DNA of 62,833 nucleotides, the filler included, from Basidiobolus ranarum (Eukaryota), in NCBI GenBank assembly GCA_040143965.1. It is 4 parts of 4 records of this genome, joined end to end, with 100 filler letters (N's around TTAATTAATTAA, not from the genome) between each part and the next. Parts side by side here need not be neighbours in the genome. Positions count along the whole stretch, not along the records: positions 15,832 to 31,444 come from JASJQH010000371.1; positions 31,545 to 47,146 come from JASJQH010000372.1; 2 more parts are not named here. The stretch is one strand, 5' to 3'. The translations under genes and the position numbers were made by a program. The notes below the pieces were generated by a model. It had not been told where the DNA came from and ran no database searches. It saw nothing but the letters and a program-made list of their open reading frames with translations. This document shows positions 21,351 to 34,059 of this stretch, piece by piece; within the stretch, counting starts at the first letter, position 1; each line of letters begins with the position of its first letter.

Positions 21351-23108
21351 ACATTTTGAGGACTGAATGCATTCCATCACAATTGGGCCACCTAAGAAGG
21401 TGGTGATCGTCATTGATTTACTTTGAATGATCTGGTAGAAAAAAAGTGAATTCCAAGTAACACAGGTACAGTTGACCCAGCTCTTTCGGACGAACCAAGG
21501 CTGGACAACCAGGTTTCGTATATCATCAAAGCACAAATGGCCACCCCTACTTTCACCGGCGCAATACCAGATTCCCACTACCGATATCCATTTGATCTTG
21601 AGCACCGGTTAGAGTGGCGAGCAATCCCAATCTGTCAAGTATTGCTACCGCGTATTTACAATATCTCCACGGAATCATATTCATAGAAATGACCCAGACC
21701 AGAGTAATAAGATCAGTATAAATCAATTCCCTCTTTTACAAGGGCAGCCTATGATCACCATTGTTTACACCTTACGTTATTGGAATGCGATTTAATACGG
21801 TTGCTATTCAGGACAGGGAATAGCCCGCTCGGCACATCTTCTGAGTGCATCCATCAAATTGCCACATCGAAAGAACACGTTCGTTCGCTACTGAAAGCGA
21901 TAATCACCAAGGTCACAGGCCATTGCCATTGGTTACAACATGACCCTATAGATACTCAGCATTGAAAACATTGATTCCAGCATGGTACAAACAAATCACT
22001 TTGCATTGATTCTTTGAGGGACCTGAAGTCACGCTCGAGTATTTAAAAATATGGCTACTAATTCACCACGGTGGAAGTCAATCCTAGGTATCAACGTTAA
22101 TCGAGCCCTAAGGACCATCAGGAGTTTTAAGACTTCGTCTCAGGTAGTTCCTGATCTTGTATTGTCAGAAGAGTAACTCGACGTTGGGACACAACCTCAT
22201 TCATCATTTATTACTCACCATGGACCTGATCAGCCTCAGCATACGAGTGACTCAAAACTTTTGTCATTAGAAAACAATGTTGTCACGGTAATTCCGAACT
22301 ACAGGCTTTCTGTGACTTGAGTAGTAGTTGTCATAAGTGGACAACATTTGGATTCTCTCAAATTAATGAGTGTCTCCAATACAAATGTTGGGTATATCTC
22401 CAACCCATCCCCTTCAGCAAATTTCAAATTAGGGAGCATGAACATCGATGCAAATGTCACCGTTGCTTTCAGAGCCCGCTGAGCTCCCTCGCCTTCTCCT
22501 CAACATATTAGTTGCCCCAGGTTCTTAAATGTAGTCTGGGTACAATCGTTTCAGAAAGCAACTGTCAAAAGTTACATCAATCATAGGTTCTCAATGAACC
22601 CTTACTGGATGTTATTCAACGCCGTAAAATTAATCCACAGTGGCTCTCTACATAGATTGAGCATTTGTCAGATAGTGGTAATGACGTCAGTAATAGGGAT
22701 GGTGGTTTTCGTCATGCTACGTATAGAACTCATATCATCAGCAGCCGTCCCGATTGGTCCAGTGATAATAGGCAGTGCCAAGTTAACACCAACATCTTTC
22801 AGCATTCAACTCATTCTGCTTACAAACATTAGTGCTGAATTCACTAAACATTGCGTGATTCTTGAATCCGATTCCCTATTCAGCATCAGCGTGGTTGCTA
22901 CCTATGTTTCCCCAAGAGACACAAGTGCAGAGGATGCTTGCAATGCCAAAGTATGAACAAGTGAAAGTACATTAACTTAGAGAATATTTATTATATCAGA
23001 ATGAATTAGATTTTACAGATTATGAGCTAGACTAGAAATACTATAAACTAAGCAAGACTCAAGAGCTTGGTAATCAACTGTGCTTACGTGGAAGTTTATA
23101 CATACAGC

Positions 23109-23642
23109 TCAAGCTTTGTCATTGCTTGATCCAGGCTGTGGCGAGTTCACACTGGATTCGTAGGAAGGTGGTAACTCAATTTGGCCGATAGATTGATAGT
23201 CTTCCGTAGTAATATCGATCCATAACTGATCCAATTCTTGATTTTCGTGTTTCCTAGAATTTTGGTTGTAGGTATCAGAGTTGGGATGACTAACGGGCGG
23301 AGACTCGTTTAAAGATAAACGGCCAAGGTCCAGAGTTTGCTCAGGGTGAATGATGACGGGCACTTGTCTAGGGCATGGTGGTGTATAATACGAGGAATTA
23401 CTATTAAATTTGCGACACAATTTATCTTCATATTTGGCAATCTTTCTTTCATATTTCTGTTGATGTTTGATCGACTTTCTAGAGCATTTATCTTCCAATT
23501 TCGCCCGTTTCCTCTCCAATTTGGCTCTCTTTTTCTCGAACTTTCGTAGCTTTCGGTCACCTGAAGCACTCGCATGTTTAAATTTATCAGAGATGGCTAC
23601 AGAACCTAAAGCCAGGACAGCAACAATCCCAAGAACAACCAT
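23109..23642 (-). CDS. Hypothetical protein: N-terminal hydrophobic anchor, basic coiled-coil repeats, C-terminal PPSY motif
   Basis: 177-aa ORF; ATG follows a pyrimidine tract-CAG (likely upstream intron); KxExKxAKLE repeats. Confidence 0.7.
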   Translation of the reverse strand: MVVLGIVAVLALGSVAISDKFKHASASGDRKLRKFEKKRAKLERKRAKLEDKCSRKSIKHQQKYERKIAKYEDKLCRKFNSNSSYYTPPCPRQVPVIIHPEQTLDLGRLSLNESPPVSHPNSDTYNQNSRKHENQELDQLWIDITTEDYQSIGQIELPPSYESSVNSPQPGSSNDKA

Positions 23643-24941
23643 TCTGAAGAGAAAATAAGTGCAAAGCTTAAATGCAGTCTGTAAGATTGAATGGTATCAG
23701 AGGATACAACTAAAAAAAGATTCACATTGGGGCAGGACGAGGAATAATTCCTTTAAGTACTCGATAGTGTAAGGCTGAATCGGATACTCTTCCTTAATGT
23801 ATCAAGTGATGTTAAATTAGTCGAATTTCTACACCTTTTCTCATCAAGCCGTGCCTATTTGTCCATAATAATGGATCCATTTTTATCCCTAATCAGATTC
23901 AACATGTACAACCCACGGCTTCTTTTGGCCGGAAAGATCATATGAGGCTTGCATGTCGATTAGTGCCAGAACACATGAATGGATGCTGTAACCATCTGTT
24001 CATAGTTGAACAAAATCCCATCAACAAAAATCAGTCAAAAGGGGTTGATTGAAACGATAATGATAGATTATACAAACTCAATAATCATCGTAAAATTAAC
24101 TATCGATTTCGTAGATATTATCGTAATACCCTTCCACAGAAGGTGTGCTGCGGACGTATGGATTATTAAACGATAATATAGTTTCAGCCCAACATGATTC
24201 CCGACCAAGGGGAGATTTCTTGGCATAATCTCGAGACTGGTTCTACAAAAAAGGCTGCAAAGGTATCATGCCGAATCTCCCAAAGAAGAATCAAACACAT
24301 GCGAGTTGGATACCACCAAAAGTGATGTTTTTACTCCTGCAAATGTCAGCTTAGACTGTTTGTTGGTCATGTTATAGCCGAGAAGTGGAACAAGTAGGCG
24401 AGCTGCATACCTACGAAAATTCGTCATCTTAAACTCAAAGGTTATGATCAGTTGTTTAATGAAGAGTTGTAAAACTTTCAATTTAGTCGCAATAAACAAG
24501 CAACTTTGCATGTATGCAAACTTGGACTCAAAGCGGCTACACTGCTACGAATAACGTGAACCTCGCGCAAGAACATCAAGCTCTATTTTCATGTAAAACA
24601 CTCATTTGTATTTGTAAATGTGATGATGACTCGGATTTACGTTGCTCATCATGAAATAGAATTAGGGATTTCGCGTGGTGTTGGCAATATTTTTAGATTG
24701 TATTAATAGCAGCCTACTTACGAAATCTGCCGACCTAACGAACATCATTGAACATAAATGGAAATTGATCTGGTGACTTGAGACCGGTTCCACACATTAT
24801 TTACTGAGCCCTATAATAAAACTCATATCTGAATACTTGAGAAATAGACGAAATGTACCTGTCAGTACATACTTCGATATTTATTACTCTAAAAAAGTGA
24901 AGTGAAGAATGGGACAAGACAAAGAATAGTACAAAAAGTAA

Positions 24942-27638
24942 TCAAATGTATTTGTTAATACGAAAAATATGTATAAGAAATTGCGATAAAAAATTATTAA
25001 TAATTCGCATTTTGTCAGAGTAATAAGCTGCTTCTATAGTTGACGATAATTTCAATGTATTGTACCTAGCCTTCAGGCATTCTATCAATCTAACGGTTAG
25101 CAAAATGTGTGTACCATCTATAGCATGCTTTCCTAACCTGCAAGAGTTGCACTGTATTCCTGAGCCGTTTACGTCTTTATGCCATTCGGAGGATTCTTTA
25201 CTAAAACACATTGTACAAATTTTGTCGCCATTACTCCGTCGTTTACGCTAGATATAGGAGTTAGATAATGCAATCTGATAAACAGCAATAATCGGACAAG
25301 ATACCAACCTTTCTCCCAGTAGTTCCAACCAGACTATCTAGCTCATCACGGAGTTTCTTATTTGCTATCCTTAGCTGGTGTAATTCATATTGCCAATTGC
25401 TCTGATGCTCTATTCCGAGTATAGAGAATATATCATCTACCTCAGAGGCAACTTTGTTCGTCAATGGAAAAGGTGCCGAGGAAGAGTCTTTGGAGTTATC
25501 GGACGAGTGATCATCGGTAGGTATTACTTTGGATTGACATAAGACAAATGGGACACTCTCATCAGCTTCACGAGAGCTAGGATAGAAGATACTAACGACG
25601 TCGATATATTTTCCTACCCTATTTCGAATACTATGCCTTAACTTCACAGTTATCCCTTCTTTCGTTTGTTGCAATGCCCTAGTGAGTGCAGTGGCTCTAT
25701 CAGATCGAATGCATTGATAAAGTGATGTTCCCTCAAAATCATCTGGTATAATATTTAAATCTGATTGGCAAAAACTGGTAACATGAAGAATTATACCCTC
25801 CAAGGTTAATTTGGTCCAGAACTCATTTTCAGATAAGCCTCCAAAAGTCTCAACTACTTCCCGCGAGAGGCTATACTTTGGCCGTGGTCTACCAGATAGA
25901 ATTGCATTTTTTCTGTTTTTACTCCTATCGGTCAGGATTCGTCCACTAGCTTCAAACCACATGAACCCAGATTTCTTTCGTTTGATTCTATAAACAAGAC
26001 TGATAGAGTCGGCTTCACACGACATCTCCTTAAGTTCACGAAGAACTGGAATTAAGTCATTGGGGTCACAGATGGAGGAGAGGCAAGTGCTAACCAATTC
26101 TTGTGGATCATATTCCAAAATCTTTTTACAGCTAGAAGAGCAATAGAGAAATACACCTTTGAGTGAAAGGACATGTATAAAATCGTCGGATTCGTTAAGG
26201 AGGACCATGTTCCACATACGAATCGCTATATCATCATCTATACTTGAGGATACACCCATAATGTCAAGCACTTCTTTTGATGCAGCGAATTTTTCTGAGA
26301 TAATTTGTGAATTTTGGGTAAATTTCTCAATAGGGTTTCCGTTCAATCCATTAGTTGATAGAGAGGGAACGGGTGGAAGCGAAAACCCAGGGAAATAGGT
26401 TCCATCTATGAGAGATTGTTCAGTACTATTAGTAGGGCAGTATAGGTAACATGTTGATTTACCTTTCATTTTTTGAAGGATTTCATGAGGCTGATACACC
26501 ATGTCCTGTACAAGAAAGTTAGTAAATTTCAGAAATTAAAATGAAGAAAAGATGCTTACCACTTGAAATCCTACAAAATGAGTAACATCCTCGCCATTTA
26601 GAGAAATGGGGATGATGGTCATGAGATTCACGAAAGGCTGTATTTGAAAGTTAACCGCCCGTTCAATTTATGCAAGATAAAAAGTTGATTACTGCTCTAA
26701 CCTGGCCTCCCTTTTTATAATTAACTAGGGAAACTTGAACCTCTTTGGCCTTGACAATTTTACTTTTAATGCTTGTAACAACATTGTTGTCGGTGAAGCG
26801 TCTTCTTGATCCAGCAGTCACTTGGCCGTCAGGTGCTTGGAGGAATCGGCAATTTCTCCCAATGACTTCAGCAGAACTATATCCAGTTAATTTCTCAAAC
26901 GAGCGGCTAGCATATACAATAGGGTGATCGTGCCGGCGTGCATCAGCTAAATTGATGGCTTGTCAATGAGTTGGATGTTGAGACTACAATTTTGGGCAAT
27001 CATTTTCAGACAACCAGATCACTCAAATAACCGACTTACCGGTTACAAAAGAGCAACTCATATCAACCGGGCCCAGGTTTATTTGAGGATTAGGTCTTTA
27101 ATGTATAGGTTAATTGTCAATATAAATATGAAAGAATATCAAGTACAAAAGATTTGAAAAGTTTACCGTGTAACAACTTTTGACTAGTATTGAAATGGTT
27201 CGTTAATCAAAGATGCTATTTACAAGGTTGCCTTAAACGTATGTTACCATTACAGTTATCATGTCGAACCCAGAACTAGAGTAGAGGCCTGGAAAATTAT
27301 CTAAAGTGGCGTTAATACTCATATCTGTTTGTTCTTGGGGTACATTTACATGCAATATTCTTTGAGCTTAAATAGAAATGTTGGAAACAATGAGGTGGTG
27401 AGTTTCACATACCAACGTTTTCATAACTATTTTTGGGCTCCAAAGAATCCTTTGCCATACCGTTAGAAATACGATTCTCTCCAGTGACTTTAATAGCACC
27501 AATAGCTGCCGCTGCCAAAGTATTAAGATGGTTGTCTTGGGCTGTTTGTTGGTCACTACTTTCACTAGAATCTGAATTTTTAAGAGAGACGTCGTCACTA
27601 TAATTAAAATATCAGTTAGAAACTCCTCGAGTACTCAT
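24942..27638 (-). CDS. wc-1: White collar-1-like blue-light photoreceptor (LOV, PAS-B, PAS-C, divergent GATA finger); multi-exon, both ends uncertain
   Basis: GLYSSSGFDM, RPNPQINLGPVDMSCSFV, GRNCRFLQAPDG, NYKKGGQPFVN, DFIHVLSLKGVFLYCS, NWQYELHQLRIANKKL, Cx2Cx18Cx2C. Confidence 0.93.
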
Positions 27639-30278
27639 ATAAAGGCGAATTAATCTTTGGTTAGCCTGTCTTTACTATTTTGAATTATAGTATATGTAAG
27701 ATAGTGTCGAAGTTTATCTTAGCTTATAGCTGGGCGCTTGTCACGCAAAGCTAATATAAAAAAGAACTATGCAAGAAAAGAAGTTGTTAAAAAGCACTCA
27801 CAAGCCAAAACCAGATTTTTGGTTTGAAAGGTAAGATATATTGTTGGAAAAAGAGGATGGGTTCAGATTCCCGTTTGACCTGGGACTAGGATCATATTGA
27901 GAAGCGGAGTCAGAAGGGAATAGTAGATTGTCGAGATCGGAATCTTCTTTGGACATTGGAAGTAAACGAACTATCGCGAGTGGTTTGTAACGAATGTAGG
28001 CTATTCAAGTACTGAAGATATCATCCAAATGAAAAATGTGGTAAAATAACGAGTATTGAGCGCTCTTTAAGTATAAAGAGTAAAAAGCAGAGGTAAAGTT
28101 TAGGAACTGCAAAATAGCGTATATGTAAAAGCTCTTATTGAAAGGCAAAGATGTGAGTTTTCAAGAAGACGGGTGATGATGGAATAATGCAGTATAGGGA
28201 GAAGATGTCCGAAGTCATAAATATCAGAAAACAAGGAGCCGATTGTCCTACTCCATATATATAAATAAAGCTCAGTGTCGATTCCGATTTCAAGATATTA
28301 TAGAGAATGTTTTTAAAGATGAGTAAATGTATATATATTATTTTTACAAAGTTGATTGCAAGTCCAATCCATGCCATACAAGATAGGCATATTCAAATAT
28401 AAATGGACGGTAAGAGCAACTAAAATACGAGAGATCAATGGTCCCAAATGGATCCATCGAAAATATCGAGCTGAATCGATCGTAGAATTACTGTAGAGCG
28501 AAGGTATATACCAAAGTTATTGAACATCATTCAATGATTATTTAAGGAATAATGAATGAGAGGATCTATATATATTGCATGGTGTTTATTCATTTGCGTG
28601 ATCAAGATTTTCCAATTGCTCTTTGTGGAGCTAGGTAGAGTATTCTCGAATGAGAAGTGCATAGCTTGGTGCAAGGATATCGAGATCGGCCATCTCCATT
28701 GTATTTGGCGATTTCAAAGTCTTCCTTCACAAGCTTAAAATTTCTATGTTTAGTCTGCAAACCCAAATATGAATCGTTATAGTACTTGTTATAGGCATAG
28801 TACATGCATATCCAACCTTTCAGTGAAGAGCAGTGGCTATTGCATCCCGAGGTTGGACGCAAACCAGTCAATGCCAAAAGCATCACCCCACCGTTCAGTA
28901 TAGACAACGAGACTAGGATGCACAGCAACGAGGCAATATATTGGAAATCCAAATTACGGATTCTGAATAATCGATATCTTAGAATCCAGCTAGGTTAAAG
29001 ACTCCAGTTTGAGCATCATTCTGAATGTTCTATGGATGAAGGAGTATTTCTACATGAAATGAACTTTAGAGACCAGTTTCAAATTATCGATGCATCAAAT
29101 TGATGATACCAACTCACTGTGATGGCCGGTTATATTGATAGAATGGGATAGTAACAAGGGGTGGTTGGTTGGTTGGTTGGTAACATTATGGCATTGATAA
29201 TAAAACCTTTTCATCTATAATCCATTGACGTGATAAAGCATTGGGCAAGTTTCTCCAGTCAAGTTTGAATATTGCGAGTCCAAATCCACTTCCCCTTTCA
29301 ATATGATTCAAATGAAACTGTGAAAGGGCACCAAATGGACCGTGAATGACATATCAGTTCAAGAACGAATCTTCACATACTTGCTGTGATTTAATATGAG
29401 TTCCTCAATTCACACTCAGTACTTCTGGCTTGCTTGAACGGCAAGTAATGACCCACCCAATTAAGGCAGATTGAATTAATACTCTGTGATTTCGCTTGCT
29501 TGAGATTCAAGTCGAAACACGCGTTTCTCGCAGAAGTGGTCAATGATTTAAATTCTCCGCCACACCAACAATAAGCCGGCTAGCATTCGTACTCTAACGG
29601 TAATTGGGTCGATTATCTGTGACTACTTCAGAATGGTTTTAGACTACATTAGTTTAGTATGCAGGTAAGAACTGTGTCGTGCAAATCGATCTGGGGAGAA
29701 TTCAATATTATCGGCGATGCTGAAAAATAGATAATATTGATATCCAGCAGTCTATTAAGGAATTCATTTCATGTTAGCGAAGGATTAGTTGATAGACAAC
29801 ATTGTAGGAAGTGTTTGGGTAATTTAGACTAGTAGGTGTCTCAAATATAGAAGATTAACTTACTGCTTCAAGCACTACTTGCACCCTATGACAATTATCA
29901 CTACATTTCCACAATTTAGCAGAAAAACGTTGAGAATAGGGTGATTGAAATAATGTGTAATAAAGCATACGTAATATAGTAGTCGATACTGGAACCGCAT
30001 TAAACACCATATTATCGCAAATTGTCGACCATCCAATAAATAGGGTCGAGAATGTTCTGGAAAACGCATTATTTGTCATGATGGCCCATTAACCATCTTC
30101 TTAATCTTAGTGGCTGAATGATGTCAGTTTTGAACGACTTCTCCAAAGCATATTCGAATCATTTGGTACGTTGTTGTTAGAAAAATCGTGATTGCCATTT
30201 TATTTACATATATTATGTTGTCGAGCTAACATCTTGATTTTAAAACAACCTACATGTAATACATATCTCGATAAAAAT

Positions 30279-31444
30279 TTAGGCGGTTTCAACCTTAGAC
30301 AATTCGTAGCAGTAGGCACCAAGGAGCTTGATACCTTCAACATAGTTACGACGATCGATCTTTTCGTTGATGGAATGGGCGCCATCATCACAGGCTCCCA
30401 TAGGCAAAAGAAGAACGTTCTTATCAAGAGCTTCTTGGAAAGTAAGGGTAACTGGGATAGAACCTCCTTCACGGGTAAGATCAGGGTTGACACCAAATAC
30501 TTTCTCAACAGCTTGAGCTCCGGCAACATAATTCCAATGGTTGGGGGAGCTCATCCAGGCACGTCCAGCATGCATGCACTCAACATGTAGCTGATTCTTA
30601 GAGTCAAGCTTGGCAAATTCTTGCTTAACATAATCGCAAACAATCTCAGTAACCTTGTCGGTGGTCATGTCAGGGACAGTTCTGATGGAGAACTTGCCAG
30701 AGACCTTGGCGGGAATAACAGTCTTCTGACCAGGGCTGTAGAAAGCTCCTTCGATTCCGTGGAGAGAAAGAGATGGGTATCTCCAACGTGCCATTAAGGT
30801 GTTGGGGACATCATCGTGGATATTGTTTTGGGCACCAAGAGCGGATTGTAAGTCATCGATGCTGAAGTCCAAAGTGTCGTAGATCTTCTTCTCTTCTTCG
30901 GTCAAAGGTGCTACTTGATCCATGATACCAGGAATAAGAATTTCACCCTTGGGAGTAACAAGTCTGCTCATCAAATGAATCAAATCAGTCATGGGCTCAT
31001 GAACAGCTCCACCAAATACACCGGAGTGAAGATCAGCTGCAGGTCCAGTAACAACAATTCTGAAGTAAGAGACACCACGAAGTCCATAGGTGAGGCAAGG
31101 CTTGTTGCGACCTAACCAGTAGTTATCACTGATACAAACACAATCAGTGCCCTTGAACCATCCAGTGGCTTCTTTCTGGATTACTTCATCCAAACCTTCA
31201 GAACCACTCTCCTCCATACCTTCAAAGCACATCTTGAGATTTACTGGAAGCTCAAGACCAAGCTTTTGGTGAGCTTCGATCATGAGCAACCAACCAAGGA
31301 CAGGACCCTTGTCATCGGTGGAACCACGACCGTACAAGCGGCCATTCTCTTCAGTCAAAGTGAAGGGGTCGCTGTTGCATCCGTGTTCCTTCAAAGCGGG
31401 TTGAACGTCATTGTGACCATTGACTTAGACAGTTTTTTTCTTGG
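30279..31444 (-). CDS. DUG1: Cys-Gly metallodipeptidase (M20A, Dug1/CNDP2), 5'-truncated at the contig end
   Basis: [48 protein letters not shown]; last ~70 nt before the gap look error-prone. Confidence 0.95.
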
Positions 31445-31544
31445 NNNNNNNNNNNNNNNNNNNNNNNNNNNNNNNNNNNNNNNNNNNNTTAATTAATTAA
31501 NNNNNNNNNNNNNNNNNNNNNNNNNNNNNNNNNNNNNNNNNNNN
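31445..31544. other. Artificial contig linker
   Basis: Same 100-nt N/TTAATTAATTAA spacer. Confidence 0.97.
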
Positions 31545-33210
31545 AACTTCAGTGGAGGCAACCATTGTTCAGCAAACCTATCGTTAAAAAGAGAAAGGCG
31601 AGCTCAGAAGAATATTTCGAGAAGGGGGTAAGTAGCTTGAATGACTGTTTACTTTCGTCACAAATACTACGATTTGAACGATTTTAGATGCGAACAATAG
31701 AGATAATGAGTATTGATGTATATGCTAAAAAGGAATATATTTGATATTAAAGGGAAGCAAGGGGAAAGAGAAAGGACCAACAGTGTGAAAAGTACCTGAG
31801 AAGAGATATAGCAGCTTTTGATCCACTATATGCTTAATTAAACAGGATCGTTTGTCAAGCAGGAGGTTGAAATACCGCTCTTATATATAAATAAATTAAC
31901 ATTTAAGATATTTAATTCAAAGCTATAGGGTCTTCGCAACCATATTCCAACAGTTTTTTGAAACGACAAAACCTATTCGATAGATTCTTGGCGCTTTATT
32001 TTAAATAACATGTAAATCATACTCTTAACGTGACAAGGCTACATATCACATGATTCCCTGAATCAGACACTGCCTATTTCTATGGAATAAATAGGTTGGG
32101 CATGTGCAACGAAAAAACCTTGCATACATTGATTGAGAGTTAAAGTATAAATAAGATAATCCTCATTACTAGTTAAAGTCATCAAACTAGATTGAGAAGC
32201 TTAGTTTAGCGACCTGAACAAACAACAGAGTGGGCCTTAATGGGTAGTGGATGAAATGATGCTCGATATTTTAGTATTAATCTAGCTATTTCAAGCATAC
32301 TTTATTCTAAGCTTTCATTTCGGTATATATGGTAAAATCGAAATACTACGAATTTTTTTAACATAATATTCACATCTTCAATTTCATCTACGCTCATTAG
32401 CCATTGTGGTGAATGTATCTACTAATACATCCAAAGATAAGAATTATACCAGCGTATATGTTTGGATTGCTGTGAGGATTTTTCGTTGATCTGCTCCTTG
32501 GGTGTAGAATAATGATAGCACTAGCAGCAGTTTCCATATGCCAAGGTCATGGCTCCTCTAGGCATGCCAAAGAGTAGAATTTAAGAGATCAAGGAGGGGT
32601 CTATTGCTGCAGAAATAGGCTACATCGATACGATCAATGGTATCTAGAATGGATTGATATCGTTCATTGCGCCCCTGAACAGTTTATAGACCTCACTGGC
32701 GAATTCGCTCAATAAGCTATGTGCCTTCCTCTTATCCATTCCTATCTGATCAGGGATTCAAGAACGCGGCCAACTCCCTTTTGATGACCCAGGCCTAGTA
32801 TGGTAAGCAATTCAACGCATATCGTTTAGTTTACTTCGTTGGCTCTTTTTACAGTTGTGCGCCGTAACAGCTAGTGCATTCGAACTTATTACCACTGATT
32901 TGATAGAACTCTGCTGGAATGTGACTCTAGATGTCATAACATCGGTGATTATGATAAATGTAACTAGAGATAACAAGAAGAAAAACAACACATTCACCGT
33001 GTCAATTATATTAGTTTATTATCAAAATGAAAGCTTAGGTGAAAATGGGTATCAACATTATAATGAACGCAAAGAGAGGAAAGAAAAAGATTGCTCTCTC
33101 TACTGTATATCTAACCACTTTACTGAAAATTCTGAGTTTAAGATGGGCACTTAGGTTGTTCCATCCTATATTGTCCTTCTCTTCGCCAATATGAAGAAAG
33201 GAAAACGGAT

Positions 33211-34059
33211 TCATAATAACAGACTTACAGTAGCCAACAATGTAGCAAGAGTAATCATACCATTCATAGCGTGGACATTAGCACCATTCAAAATGGTGCC
33301 GGTACCTTTACCAGCATTGCTATTAGTCCCATTGTTGGTAACAAGAATACCATTATTTGAGGCACTGAATTTGGTGGAGCATAAGCTTTCATATTGGTAA
33401 GCAATATCAGTTGCTTCTCGGTCGGAGGTAAGGTTAGCAGAGATGGCAAATGGTGCAGGGTGACTTTTGTACCAAGAGACATAATAGTCAGCAATTTTCT
33501 GACTGCATTCAGTACAAAAATCAGTCTTGGTCATGGGTGTTGCTGGAGTACGAAGGGGGAGAAGGAATTGAACGAATCCCCAAAAACTCTTCTGGCTGGC
33601 AAGGTTAAATGGCAAGATAGAGAGTCTATTCATCATGTTGAGTCCTTCAACGATACAGTATTCGGTAGAGTTGTCCTTCTTGAGGCACATGCCGTCATGT
33701 TGGGGGCCAGAGGCATACCACATGAACAGCGTGGTTCCCAAATTCTCGTCAATGGGACCTGATTTGAGATCGGCCGCACAGTTTGTAGCCAAACCATTGA
33801 TTACCTGAAGGTAAGTTGCTTCTGTGCAACGAGGTTTTGCACAATAACTATCCAACAAAGGCTGAAGTATTGCTGGGTCGGTGCTATTTCCCTTAGTTAC
33901 CGCAAATTCCTGTAAACCTGAAGCTTTAAGAGTTCGACATTGCGAAAGAGCAGAATCGGTGGTGAGAGTATTGAGATAGGCTGTGCAAGGCGCAGAGTAA
34001 GCAGCCATTCCAACCCCAACAGTGGCAGAGACAACACAGGCAGCTAAGAGGAATTTCAT
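33211..34059 (-). CDS. Secreted Cys-rich, probably GPI-anchored surface protein
   Basis: MKFLLAACVV signal (alternative start 34074), spaced cysteines, N/G/T-rich spacer and hydrophobic C-terminal tail. Confidence 0.8.
   Translation of the reverse strand: MKFLLAACVVSATVGVGMAAYSAPCTAYLNTLTTDSALSQCRTLKASGLQEFAVTKGNSTDPAILQPLLDSYCAKPRCTEATYLQVINGLATNCAADLKSGPIDENLGTTLFMWYASGPQHDGMCLKKDNSTEYCIVEGLNMMNRLSILPFNLASQKSFWGFVQFLLPLRTPATPMTKTDFCTECSQKIADYYVSWYKSHPAPFAISANLTSDREATDIAYQYESLCSTKFSASNNGILVTNNGTNSNAGKGTGTILNGANVHAMNGMITLATLLATVSLLL

Noticed and set aside
28430-28485. GATC/ATCG-rich patch upstream of wc-1 as a light-response element
   Set aside because: Short motifs, irregular spacing, not distinguishable from chance by eye
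31370-31444. In-frame stop and odd residues at the DUG1 5' end suggesting a pseudogene
   Set aside because: Confined to the last ~70 nt of the contig while the rest is highly conserved; likely low-quality sequence
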